Assembly: GCA_016784195.1 (NCBI GenBank)
Contig: JADHVE010000001.1
Coordinates: forward strand, 1-47,339
Length of the DNA stretch: 47,339 nt
Direction: 5' to 3'
Origin: Candidatus Woesearchaeota archaeon
GTDB taxonomy: Archaea; Nanobdellota; Nanobdellia; Woesearchaeales; GW2011-AR4
The notes beneath the pieces are model-generated. The model made no database searches. It had not been told where the DNA came from and was given only the letters and a program-made list of their open reading frames with translations. How positions within the stretch are numbered: the stretch's first letter is position 1; every line of letters begins with the position of its first letter. Position numbers and translations under genes: made by a program. Below are positions 17,075 through 26,486 of this stretch, piece by piece.

Positions 17075-19294
17075 TTATTCCATATACCCATACATATAAT
17101 CAGGCTTATCATAAGGCAATTTAACCTCATTAATTTCATCATCTATATCATCTAAGTCATTCATCTTAATCTTCGAGTCAGAAATTGTATACAGCACATC
17201 ATCCATGTATAAACTTCTTTTGACATTCTCTCCAGAGCCGTACCAGTAATAGCCTGATTTCTTGAACTTCTCTTTATCTTCTACATGGGTTATTCTGCCT
17301 TTAAGTTTAAAGCCATCATCTAAGTCAAGATTAAATACATAAGCCCCCTGAAATGTAAAATCTCCATGCTGCTGAGGCTTTACACCGTCAGGATACTGTT
17401 CTTCATCAATCTCTGCAAGTGTTATAGGAATCACAAGCAGGTTTTTATCTTTTGAAAACAAGAATGCTTTATGCTCCTGTAAAGCATAGCTCTCTGTTCC
17501 CCTATTCCCAATCTCATACTTTGAAATCTCTTTTGGCTTCTCCACATCAGAGACATCAAACAATGCTAATTTAACTCCCTGATACCATGAAAAATCTCCT
17601 TCTTTTGCCTCTATTGATTCCTTACCAATTCCAATTATATGGTCTTCGTCATAAGGATGCAGGTAATCCGAATACCCGGGTATCTTTAATTTTCCCAAAA
17701 CAGAAGGATTTTCAGGGTCCTCTAAATCTATAACAAACAATGGATCAACTTTCCTGAAAGTTACTAAGTAAGCTCTATTGCTCATAAACCTTGCAGAATA
17801 AATACTCTCTCCCGGAGCTAAATCCTCTAACTTTCCAACAATATTCATATCACTATCAAGCACATAGACATTATTTACAGAGCCTCCGCCTGTTCTTGTG
17901 GCTCTTCCAGCTGTTGTTGCAATCCTGAAATAACCGTCAAACTCATCCATTGAAAACTGATTAAGGACTCTTCCTGGAACTTTCCCGCTGCCCTTCAGCT
18001 CTATATCTATCCCACTTATCTTAATCTTTTGGATTATTGTATTCTCCATCTCTTTTTGTATTCTCATCGTAACTTCTTCCATCTTTTCTTCCAGTTCTTT
18101 CTCTAGTTCATCCCTTTTTTCTTCTGTCATCTCAAACATCCATTTTTCAATTATCTGTTGGACTTCATTGAATTTAGAGTTTTCACTTATATCATATCCC
18201 TCTATTTTATTCACCCTCTCCTTTAGCTCAGAAGGCAATACAGGAACAAAAACTTCTGTTATAATTCTCCACTGCTGGTAATAATAAGGCATTCTTTTCT
18301 GGAATGTAATAAAGATATTATCCTGAGAAACAAACATATCCTGTGAAATTCCTTTCAAAATAGTCTTTTCAGAATGGCTGTTATCTTCAAGATTTATAGC
18401 CATTATTGTTGAAAACTCATAACTATCTGGATAGTCCAGATAATAGATATCAGGAGCAGGAACACAACTCTCAGTTACTGTTTCACCTTTTATACTATAA
18501 ATACAAGGCATCAGTATATCACTATTGTAACGCGTATATTCATTAACAATCATGTATACTGTATCCCCTATCATTCTTGAATTAAAGTAATTACCTCTTA
18601 AGATCAGCTTCTCTTCTTCTTTTGGCTCTTCCTTATCAGAAATATCATATACAAGAGCATAAGAATATTGTGATGTGTATGAGGGAAAAGGTATCTTGGC
18701 TATAACTGCATTTTCTTCTATTTCCACCTCAGAACTAATTTTCTCTGGAACTTCCTCAACAAAAACTTTTGGGTCTACCCCTGGAAATGGGCTTTTACTC
18801 TTCTGATAATCAGTCCCAAAAACAACTAATTTGTCTCCATTAATGAAAAATTCCCCTGGAGTTCCTTTAATCTCTATTTCAGATAATAGTTCTGCATCTT
18901 CTGCAGGATAAGCATCAACTATTGCAATTTTATTGCCTGTCAAAACATAAATATATTTGCCGTCATTCTTTACAATATCGGCCTCATCAACGCCTTCTAC
19001 TTGGATGTTTGTTGTGGAATACTCTTCAGCTCTTCCAGCTCCAGCAGCTTGTGCCGTAGGGGCAGCCATATCTGATAAAACAGCTAATGATTCTTTCATC
19101 ATAACTCCGCCATAATACTCTGAACCGCTGTCCGAATTTTTTAAAAAATCTTTCAATTCTTCCTCAGAAGAAAATTTCTTTAAAACCTTTTCAGTTGTAT
19201 CCGGGCTGGAACACGATACCATAAAAATACCCATAATTAAAATCGTTAAAATACAGATTGCATTTGTTTGTTTCATTTTGAATTTAGCCTCCAT
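17075..19294 (-). CDS. Secreted beta-propeller domain protein (COG4880 family)
   Basis: YSTTNIQVEGVDEADIVKNDGKYIYVL is the family hallmark. Lipoprotein-like signal ILIMGIFMVSCSS. Confidence 0.75.
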   Translation of the reverse strand: MEAKFKMKQTNAICILTILIMGIFMVSCSSPDTTEKVLKKFSSEEELKDFLKNSDSGSEYYGGVMMKESLAVLSDMAAPTAQAAGAGRAEEYSTTNIQVEGVDEADIVKNDGKYIYVLTGNKIAIVDAYPAEDAELLSEIEIKGTPGEFFINGDKLVVFGTDYQKSKSPFPGVDPKVFVEEVPEKISSEVEIEENAVIAKIPFPSYTSQYSYALVYDISDKEEPKEEEKLILRGNYFNSRMIGDTVYMIVNEYTRYNSDILMPCIYSIKGETVTESCVPAPDIYYLDYPDSYEFSTIMAINLEDNSHSEKTILKGISQDMFVSQDNIFITFQKRMPYYYQQWRIITEVFVPVLPSELKERVNKIEGYDISENSKFNEVQQIIEKWMFEMTEEKRDELEKELEEKMEEVTMRIQKEMENTIIQKIKISGIDIELKGSGKVPGRVLNQFSMDEFDGYFRIATTAGRATRTGGGSVNNVYVLDSDMNIVGKLEDLAPGESIYSARFMSNRAYLVTFRKVDPLFVIDLEDPENPSVLGKLKIPGYSDYLHPYDEDHIIGIGKESIEAKEGDFSWYQGVKLALFDVSDVEKPKEISKYEIGNRGTESYALQEHKAFLFSKDKNLLVIPITLAEIDEEQYPDGVKPQQHGDFTFQGAYVFNLDLDDGFKLKGRITHVEDKEKFKKSGYYWYGSGENVKRSLYMDDVLYTISDSKIKMNDLDDIDDEINEVKLPYDKPDYMYGYME

Positions 19295-19343
19295 TGTTGT
19301 AAATTTTCAAGTTAGTTTTTATTATTTTCTAATCATTCCTAAG

Positions 19344-19970
19344 TTAAGAATTTTCTTTCTTAAAATAGCTGAGTATCAAATAAACAATTATTGCAAATAC
19401 CGCTCCCAAAAAGAACCATAACGCAATATTCTGCCATAAATGAGTTTGCAAAGCTTTTTCTGCTGCTTCAGCTGCAACTGGCACAGCCCTAACAGAAGAT
19501 TCTGCCATTTCAGTAGCAGCATCAAACGCCTGCATAGAAGCTTTTCCCATGACTGATGTTGGCTTTTGAATAAAGTTAGTTGTTAACTGTATCAATCCAG
19601 CTGCCCCTGCAGTAATCAAAGCAACAGGTAAGATATTCTTTAATTTCTGCTTTAATCCTGAAGTTTTTGTCTTTTTAGGGGCTATTATGATGTATTTATT
19701 CGCTAATTTATACCTGTTAACCTCACGGCCTTTTTTGCTGTAATGAAATTCATCTGCATTTACAAGTCCTGAATCCATCAGCTGCTTTAAATTATAATGT
19801 ATTGTTGATATTGGCAATGACAGTTTATCTGCAATTTCTGATTCTGTAGCATACTCCTTGCTTGCAAGAAAATCAAGAATCTTCTTACAGGATTCATTGC
19901 TAATAACATTAGCTATCTTATTTATTTTTTTGTCTTCCAAAGACAATAAAATCAAATTTTTCTTTGCCAT
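19344..19970 (-). CDS. ArsR-type winged-helix regulator with C-terminal TM anchor
   Basis: ESEIADKLSLPISTIHYNLKQLMDSGLV is the HTH. C-terminal TM IALWFFLGAVFAIIVYLIL. I prefer ATG at 19970 because TTTATAAA lies about 27 nt upstream (leaderless), over the track's TTG at 20018. Confidence 0.7.
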   Translation of the reverse strand: MAKKNLILLSLEDKKINKIANVISNESCKKILDFLASKEYATESEIADKLSLPISTIHYNLKQLMDSGLVNADEFHYSKKGREVNRYKLANKYIIIAPKKTKTSGLKQKLKNILPVALITAGAAGLIQLTTNFIQKPTSVMGKASMQAFDAATEMAESSVRAVPVAAEAAEKALQTHLWQNIALWFFLGAVFAIIVYLILSYFKKENS

Positions 19971-20073
19971 AGAAATAAGATTAGTAAAACCTTTATAAAT
20001 ACTTTTCTTAAGCTTCAAATTGATTTGAAGTTAAATATTACATTTTACCAGTAGTGCTTTTAAGATATAGCCT

Positions 20074-20275
20074 TATTTCATGAAAATTCAAAACATTTTC
20101 AGGACACTAAAAATCTTTGATTTTTGCGTGTGAATATTTTTTAGTTTTGTTTTTTGTTATTTTTTTAGTTTTTTAAAATTATAAAAATAAAAAATCATAA
20201 CACAACTAGGTTCCTCATTAATTGTTATTCTGTTTCTTCTCTATTGGCATTTTTATTATTGGTCATCTTTTTATT
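20074..20275 (-). repeat. Structured intergenic repeat, copy C (degenerate core 20189-20247)
   Basis: The distal arm is near-identical to copy B (ATTTCATGAAAATtCAAAACATTTTCAGGACAC.AAAAATCTTTGATTTTTGCGTGTGAATAT). The core hairpin boxes are decayed (GAAAC/AACAA/TGAGG). Confidence 0.8.
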
Positions 20276-20358
20276 AGATAAACTACTAAACCTTACCTGA
20301 TAACCAAAATCATTTATTATTAACAATCTTTTTAAATTAATCTTCTTTTCCAAAATAT

Positions 20359-21018
20359 ATGAAACACAAACTAGTCTGCTTTGATGTTGACGGGACTTTG
20401 ATAGATAATGTTGAATACTCATGGAGTGTATTCCATGATTTCTTCCAGGTAGACCCAAAAAGAAGGGAAAAGGCAAAAAAAGCATTCTACAGCAATGAAA
20501 TTTCTTATCTTGAATGGGCTGAGCATGACTTAAACTTATGGATGGAAAAAAATGCAAAAAAACAGGATTTCATTAAGGCAATAAAGCACGCAAACCTCCA
20601 ACTGATGGAAGGCGCATTAGAGACATTAAGCGAGCTGAAAAAAAGAAATATTAAATTAGCAATAATCTCAGGAAGTATAAGCATTATCTTGGAGCATTTC
20701 ATCCCTAATTATAAAGAAATTTTTGATGACATCTTCATAAGCTGGATAGACTTTGATGAGCAAGGCAGCATAAAAAAAATAAACGCCACATCTTTTGACA
20801 TGGACCAGAAATCAGCAGCTTTAAAGCAGATAGCAGAAAGGGAACACTTAAGCTTAAAAGAATGCGTCTTTGTTGGCGACCATGATAATGACCTGAAAAT
20901 AGCAGAAGAAGCAGGCCTAAGCATAGCATTTAACGCCCATTCTGAAGAATTAAAAAAAATCTCAGATATAACCATAGCAAAAAAGGATTTAAGGGAGATT
21001 TTGAAGTATATTTCATGA
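20359..21018 (+). CDS. HAD-IB hydrolase (phosphoserine phosphatase-like)
   Basis: CFDVDGTLI (motif I), ISGS (motif II), GDHDNDL (motif IV). Confidence 0.8.
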   Translation: MKHKLVCFDVDGTLIDNVEYSWSVFHDFFQVDPKRREKAKKAFYSNEISYLEWAEHDLNLWMEKNAKKQDFIKAIKHANLQLMEGALETLSELKKRNIKLAIISGSISIILEHFIPNYKEIFDDIFISWIDFDEQGSIKKINATSFDMDQKSAALKQIAEREHLSLKECVFVGDHDNDLKIAEEAGLSIAFNAHSEELKKISDITIAKKDLREILKYIS

Positions 21019-21023
21019 TTTGT

Positions 21024-21041
21024 CAAAAATCAAGATTTTTG
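21024..21041. terminator. Hairpin between convergent genes
   Basis: CAAAAATC-aa-GATTTTTG lies between the HAD stop and the PPS stop. The same palindrome occurs inside repeat copies B, C and F. Confidence 0.3.
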
Positions 21042-21057
21042 AGAATGCTCATAATTT

Positions 21058-21804
21058 TCAAGAAAATTCTGACATTTTTATTCTCTCCAAAGCATCATTT
21101 AATATTTTTTTATTATCATATTTTTTAATTTTATTTTTTAAAATCCTTCCATTATATTTCTTATAATGATTTATTTTTTTTATTAATAATGAAATTGCTC
21201 TTGAAATATTATCTATGATTGTAACATTTGCAGATTTTGCTGTTCGTGATAAGGGGTTTAAGTCAACTGTAATGACTTTCTTTCCATTATTTCTCAAAGC
21301 CTCACACCTATCTCCATCTTCTAAAGGAACAAATACCACATCAGAGTTTGCAATTCCATCTTTGTTAGCAAATCTTCTGTTATGATCAATTTTTTTCAGG
21401 TATTCTGTGTTAGGGAGCAGAACTTCTTTTGCACCTTTTTTAATCAGATGATTTTTAATTTTCCTTTCTCTCATCTTGGAACTATGAAATATATTAACCT
21501 CCAGTTTTGCAGGAATTATTTTTGATAGTTTTACCAATTCCTTTGGCACCAACGCAGCTGCATTACCATTAACAGAAACAACAGGCCTTTTTGCTAATAA
21601 CAACAAGGCAGCAGCAGCCTCAATAGCTTCAACAGCAAATTTATTTGTTTTCTCTCCAATCAGATAATCAAAAGCTTCCCCCCTTCCATGTGCTATCAGC
21701 CCATGCTCAGAAGTTATCCCTTTTTTTACTCCATCCACTATCAAGTCTCTTGTTTTTAAAGATATATATCTCGGATGTGATTTTGGAACTGTCATAACAA
21801 ACAA
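21058..21804 (-). CDS. 4-phosphopantoate--beta-alanine ligase (archaeal phosphopantothenate synthetase)
   Basis: PKSHPRYISLKTRDLIVDGVKKGITSEHGLIAHGRGEAFDYLIGEKT matches the archaeal PPS (COG1701) N-terminus. Confidence 0.85.
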   Translation of the reverse strand: MFVMTVPKSHPRYISLKTRDLIVDGVKKGITSEHGLIAHGRGEAFDYLIGEKTNKFAVEAIEAAAALLLLAKRPVVSVNGNAAALVPKELVKLSKIIPAKLEVNIFHSSKMRERKIKNHLIKKGAKEVLLPNTEYLKKIDHNRRFANKDGIANSDVVFVPLEDGDRCEALRNNGKKVITVDLNPLSRTAKSANVTIIDNISRAISLLIKKINHYKKYNGRILKNKIKKYDNKKILNDALERIKMSEFS

Positions 21805-22640
21805 GCCCTCTTATCTGCTATTTTAACCATTCTGCAGCCTTTAAATCTTTTGTCACTGAAAACAGCATTCCCTAGCATTATCATGCTGGCATTTCCATTG
21901 TTTTTTTCAATTGTCTTAATTACATCTTTTATTTTTTCATCTTTTAATAACCCGCTATCCACGGCAAATTCTTTAGATATGCTTATTAGTTTGTTTAATT
22001 GAGGTTTTTTTAATGATTTTATCTTTTTTAATGAATTGATTCCTGCTTGGTTTATTTTATTTTTAATTTTTTTATTTGTGATCATCTTTTTTGTGTCTAA
22101 CCTACTAAAGACTTTATAGTAGATTTTTTTATTTTTAATATTCAATCTTTTAACTTTGAATTTATAGCTGGGTTCATATTTTATCAAAAAGCCGCCATAG
22201 TATTGGTTAATCACATCTCCCAGGCCTGTTTTGTTTTCAACCTCTGCAATGTGGGCGATTTTTGCCGGTTCTTTTTTCAATTTTAATAATGCATTTAGCG
22301 CATATGCTGTTGCTAATGCAGACGCTCCGCTTATTCCAAAACCGCAGCTTAAAGGCAATTGGGATTTAATCCTTATTTCAAGATTTTCATTGTTTTTGTT
22401 TAATTTTTTGACAACTGTTTCAACAGTGGGGAATTTTATTTTTTTGTTGTTGAAATAAAGGGTTACTTTATTTTTAATCTTTTTTGATTGTCTTTTTTTA
22501 ATAGTTATTTTTTTTATTGATACTGTAACTCCTTTATTAACAGTAAAACCCATACCTAAAGAGCCTTTCTTAGAAGAATTTTTATTATCCACAATAGAAA
22601 AAATACAGCTGATGTTTGCAGGAGCAAAAGCCTTAACCAT
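21792..22640 (-). CDS. Pantoate kinase (archaeal, GHMP family)
   Basis: KAFAPANISCIF N-terminus and GHMP motif LPLSCGFGISGASALA. Overlaps PPS by 13 nt and abuts coaBC. Confidence 0.75.
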   Translation of the reverse strand: MVKAFAPANISCIFSIVDNKNSSKKGSLGMGFTVNKGVTVSIKKITIKKRQSKKIKNKVTLYFNNKKIKFPTVETVVKKLNKNNENLEIRIKSQLPLSCGFGISGASALATAYALNALLKLKKEPAKIAHIAEVENKTGLGDVINQYYGGFLIKYEPSYKFKVKRLNIKNKKIYYKVFSRLDTKKMITNKKIKNKINQAGINSLKKIKSLKKPQLNKLISISKEFAVDSGLLKDEKIKDVIKTIEKNNGNASMIMLGNAVFSDKRFKGCRMVKIADKRACLL

Positions 22641-23864
22641 TTACAACCTCTTTTTTATCTCATCCAGAACTTTGTTTCCGATAATTCTCTTATCTGCTAA
22701 TTTAAGATTGTTGATATTTTTTTCTTTGTCAACAATAATTACTTTGTTTGTCTCTACATCAAAGCCCGCATTTGCGTTGCCTATGTCATTTGCAACAATC
22801 AAATCAGCGTCTGCGCTTTTTAATAAACTATAGCTTCTTTTTATCAGTTCTTCCTCAGTAACATTATACTCTGCCTTGAATCCTACTAGGAATATATTTT
22901 TATTTATATTCTTAATTTTTTCAAAAATCTTTGTTGTCGGAGTTAGTTCCAGATGCAAATCCTGGCTGCTTTTGATTTTCTCATTAATTTTGTTGTTTAA
23001 TTTAAAATCTGAAACAGCAGCAGCATGAACTATTACATCATTATTCAGGTTTTCTTTTATTTTATCAAATAAGTCCTTTACTGAATAAATTGTTATATCC
23101 TTGATTCCAAAAAACATTGGCTCAACTGAGTCTTTTCCCCTTATCAAGGTAACTTCTGCTCCTCTTTTAGCAGCTTCCTCAGCCAGATAAACACCTTGTT
23201 TTCCTGAGCTTTTGTTTGTGATGACCCTAACCGGGTCAATATCTTCAATAGTTGCTCCTGCTGTCACTAAGATCTTTTTTCCTTTTAGGTCATTTCTTTT
23301 TCCTAAAACCGATTCTGTTTTTTCAATAACCTTGTCAAAGGTTGCTAAACGTCCAATGCCATGATAACCGCAGGCTAAAACACCTTTCTCAGGATTAACA
23401 AACTCATAGCCTATTTTCTTCAATTTAGAAACATTCTCCTGCATTGCCTGATTATACCACATCTTCACATTCATCGCAGGGCAGATAATAACTGGAGCCT
23501 GGGTTGCCATTACAGTGCTGCAAATAAGAGTATCTGCTATGCCATTAGCAATCTTTCCGATTGTATTTGCAGTACACGGGCAGAGCAGGATAATATCTGC
23601 TTTATCGGCGAGAGAGATGTGTTTCATTTCTTTGTCATTCTTTAAATAATCTCTGAAGTCCATACCTGGAGCGAATTGCTCAAAAGAAACGGGGTTGCCG
23701 GATGCTTTTTCAAATTCTTCCGGGTCAACTAAGTGAGTTGCATTTTTGCTCATCAGAACATCAACATTAGCACCTTTTTGTTTTAGGATTTTTATTAGCT
23801 CTAAGTCCTTGTAAGCAGATATGCTTGATGCAATTCCTAATACAATATTTTTGTTTTGAAGCAT
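22641..23864 (-). CDS. coaBC: Bifunctional phosphopantothenoylcysteine decarboxylase / synthetase
   Basis: Flavoprotein N-domain (GIASSISAYK, PAMNVKMW) and DFP C-domain (ITNKSSGKQG, AAAVSDF). Confidence 0.9.
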   Translation of the reverse strand: MLQNKNIVLGIASSISAYKDLELIKILKQKGANVDVLMSKNATHLVDPEEFEKASGNPVSFEQFAPGMDFRDYLKNDKEMKHISLADKADIILLCPCTANTIGKIANGIADTLICSTVMATQAPVIICPAMNVKMWYNQAMQENVSKLKKIGYEFVNPEKGVLACGYHGIGRLATFDKVIEKTESVLGKRNDLKGKKILVTAGATIEDIDPVRVITNKSSGKQGVYLAEEAAKRGAEVTLIRGKDSVEPMFFGIKDITIYSVKDLFDKIKENLNNDVIVHAAAVSDFKLNNKINEKIKSSQDLHLELTPTTKIFEKIKNINKNIFLVGFKAEYNVTEEELIKRSYSLLKSADADLIVANDIGNANAGFDVETNKVIIVDKEKNINNLKLADKRIIGNKVLDEIKKRL

Positions 23865-23940
23865 TTTATCAATTTTTAATTTTCAATTAATTTAAAAATT
23901 TTTGAATTTTTTTTTCAATGAATTTTTTATCAATTAATCT

Positions 23941-24708
23941 TTAATGAAAACTAAATTCATCTGTAGGAAACTTTCCTTCCTTAACCTCTTTATTGTACTG
24001 CCTAAAAGCCTTTCGCATTTCTTCAGCAATATTTGCATATCTTTTGACAAACTTTGGTTTGAATTTCTCAAACAAGCCCAAAATATCATGCATAACCAAA
24101 ACCTGCCCGTCGCAATAAATCCCTGCGCCAATCCCTATTGTTGGTATTGAAATCTCTTCAGTAATCTTCTTTGCCAGCTCCAAAGGAACACATTCTAGAA
24201 CTATAGCAAAACAGCCTGCTTTCTCAAGTTCTTTAGACTCTTCAATTATTTTTTCAGCATCCTCTTCTGCTTTCCCCTGAACCTTAAAGTCAGTTACAGT
24301 CTGAGGAGTTAATCCAATATGTCCCATAACTTCCATACCTTCTTTAACCAATGCCCTGGCAATTTTATGTTGATTCTCAATCTTAATACAGTCAGCTCCA
24401 GCCTCAATCAATTTTCTTGCATTTTCAACAGCATCTTCAAGATTATCATAACTGCCTACAGGCAAATCCCCTACCAATAAAGATTTTTTAACAGCCCTTC
24501 CAACTGCTTCTGTATGCCTTATCATATCATTCATGGTAACTCTTAAAGTATTCTCATACCCTAAAACAACCATTCCTAGACTATCGCCTACTAAAATCAT
24601 ATCTACCACACCGTCCATTATGTTTGCAGTAGGAAAATCATAAGCTGTCAACATGCTTATCTTCTCCTCTCCTTTCATTGATTTTATTTTATCTATTTTT
24701 ATTTTCAT
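23941..24708 (-). CDS. panB: 3-methyl-2-oxobutanoate hydroxymethyltransferase
   Basis: MLTAYD, ILVGDSLGMV, GADCIKIE, VMGHIGLTPQ, LECVP. Confidence 0.9.
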   Translation of the reverse strand: MKIKIDKIKSMKGEEKISMLTAYDFPTANIMDGVVDMILVGDSLGMVVLGYENTLRVTMNDMIRHTEAVGRAVKKSLLVGDLPVGSYDNLEDAVENARKLIEAGADCIKIENQHKIARALVKEGMEVMGHIGLTPQTVTDFKVQGKAEEDAEKIIEESKELEKAGCFAIVLECVPLELAKKITEEISIPTIGIGAGIYCDGQVLVMHDILGLFEKFKPKFVKRYANIAEEMRKAFRQYNKEVKEGKFPTDEFSFH

Positions 24709-24888
24709 ATTTAATGGAGAAACATTTTTTCATTTAAAAGCTTATTCTTTCTCTTGCTCTAGTAAAACCTCTGCCATTAATTGTCATTGAGCTCAAAATT
24801 TCTTCATAAGGCTATAGAGGAGTATATATCTGAAAAATCAAACAACATTATACATATTTAATTTTTCTACTACCTCCAAGTATACTAG

Positions 24889-24904
24889 CTGAACATATGT
24901 TCAG
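24889..24904. promoter_or_regulatory. Perfect 16-bp palindrome upstream of the first ParB-like gene
   Basis: CTGAACATATGTTCAG, about 145 nt upstream of the ATG at 25049, in a 340-nt non-coding stretch. Confidence 0.3.
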
Positions 24905-25048
24905 GTGCAGCGAACTAGAGGAGTTTACCAGAACCATAACAAGAAAATTTTTTATATTACCTAAGAAGATTGGTTAATATAGCTTATTAAGTAAACAACC
25001 TACAATATTCCTCATGCTGGGCAGTAAAATAATGAAGTTAACCTTACT

Positions 25049-25681
25049 ATGAAAACCAGAATTGTTAAACTAATTTATCAGTATGAGCCTAACAAAAATT
25101 TAATTAAAGTTTCTATCTCCAAGATTCCTATCTCAAAAGCATGTTTCACAATATACGGTGCAGTAGATTTCTTTTTGCGTAATATATTTTTAAAGTCAAA
25201 ATTTAAAACATCTTTTAAGCCAGTTACAAATAAAATTCTATTAGGTGATATAATAAACCTCCATAATGATACGGGAGTAAAAGATATATCTAAAATAAAC
25301 TCTATGACCAATCAAATAATTTCTGGAAAGGATGTTTATAATACTAATGGGCTGCCTAATATAAGGCTAGTTAAAACTAAGGATAGCCATTGGGTTTTAT
25401 TCGATGGGCACCATACTATGCTTGCGTATATGTTTGCAGGGAGGAAATATCTACATGAAACGCCGCATTTGATAGTTGAAGGCGGAATAACTGAGTATGC
25501 TTCAGACAAAGAAATTAATATATTTTTTGGAGAACACAAATCTAAATTAAAGAATGATGATTGGAGAAAATACGTAATTAATTGGCAGGCTCAAAAAGAA
25601 AAACAACTCTGTAATCGTATTCAAAAAAATATGAAAGAGCTTTTTGAATCCTTATCTAAGAAATTTCTAAGCTTGAACTGA
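25049..25681 (+). CDS. ParB/Srx-fold domain protein with a variant DGHHT motif
   Basis: PNIRLVKTKDSHWVLFDGHHTMLAYMFAGRKYLHETPHLIV resembles the ParB-like nuclease domain core (DGhHR...G), with Thr in place of the Arg. The rest is unrecognised. Confidence 0.5.
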   Translation: MKTRIVKLIYQYEPNKNLIKVSISKIPISKACFTIYGAVDFFLRNIFLKSKFKTSFKPVTNKILLGDIINLHNDTGVKDISKINSMTNQIISGKDVYNTNGLPNIRLVKTKDSHWVLFDGHHTMLAYMFAGRKYLHETPHLIVEGGITEYASDKEINIFFGEHKSKLKNDDWRKYVINWQAQKEKQLCNRIQKNMKELFESLSKKFLSLN

Positions 25682-25685
25682 TTAT

Positions 25686-26486
25686 TCACCAACGGTCTAC
25701 AACTAGCCCTCTTCCAACAAAACATTTTATCTTTCTGATGCCAAACATTACAAAAGACATTGCCCTGTGGCTTCCATCTTCTATATCATATGGTGTAATT
25801 TCATATCCAAAACCCAGATTTGTCCTAGCCCATTGATCCATTTTTACCCGCCTTGTATTAGGTCCTTTTGCTGTGACCATAATTGGATAAAATTTAAAAA
25901 TTAAATCAGCATGCTTCTTTTCAAGGACAAACCTTCTTAATGACCTCTCAGGGAGATTGGGCTTCATAGGCCGTTTAAACTTATGCGTATCTTTTATAAT
26001 GTCCACAATTTTTTCTTTAGTGTCTAAGAGATTTCCGGATGTAGTAAATCTGTCAATGCCTCCAAAGGAAGGCCATACCCCTAAATCTTTTGCATCAATT
26101 GTTTCAACACTCCATTTGCATGTGTTCAATCTTTTAAGCCTGTTTTTGTCCACAATAAGATTATCCAACTTTTTAAGAGAAAACTTAGAAACTTCATTAT
26201 ACTCCCTCATATATGCCTTAATTAGAATTTTTCGGTCTAGCCTAAATTTTTTAGCTGCATCTAAAGTATCTTCAAATCTATTAGCAAGGGTAAAGGTTCT
26301 TTTTAGTGTAGTCAATAATGGTTCTTTTCGGTTATAAACATGCCGCGAATTTTCAATTTTTTTTACTAATCCCTTATTATTTCCATTATCTATAGTAGTA
26401 TTTAAACTAGCTAGGATTTCATTTATTTCGGAGGAGTTATCTAATTTGATATCCCTCTTCTTTTTTAATCCCTTTAGCTGTACCAT
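25686..26486 (-). CDS. ParB-like nuclease domain protein (C-terminal DGSHR motif)
   Basis: YPIMVTAK..YEITPYDIEDGSHRAMSFVMFGIRKIKCFVG matches the ParBc core, encoded at about 25764-25781. The N-terminal 190 aa or so are unrecognised. Confidence 0.55.
   Translation of the reverse strand: MVQLKGLKKKRDIKLDNSSEINEILASLNTTIDNGNNKGLVKKIENSRHVYNRKEPLLTTLKRTFTLANRFEDTLDAAKKFRLDRKILIKAYMREYNEVSKFSLKKLDNLIVDKNRLKRLNTCKWSVETIDAKDLGVWPSFGGIDRFTTSGNLLDTKEKIVDIIKDTHKFKRPMKPNLPERSLRRFVLEKKHADLIFKFYPIMVTAKGPNTRRVKMDQWARTNLGFGYEITPYDIEDGSHRAMSFVMFGIRKIKCFVGRGLVVDRW

Noticed and set aside
20225-20557. 110-aa minus-strand ORF overlapping the HAD gene start and repeat copy C.
   Set aside because: It overlaps a well-supported HAD hydrolase on the other strand, starts inside a non-coding repeat element, and has an implausible composition.
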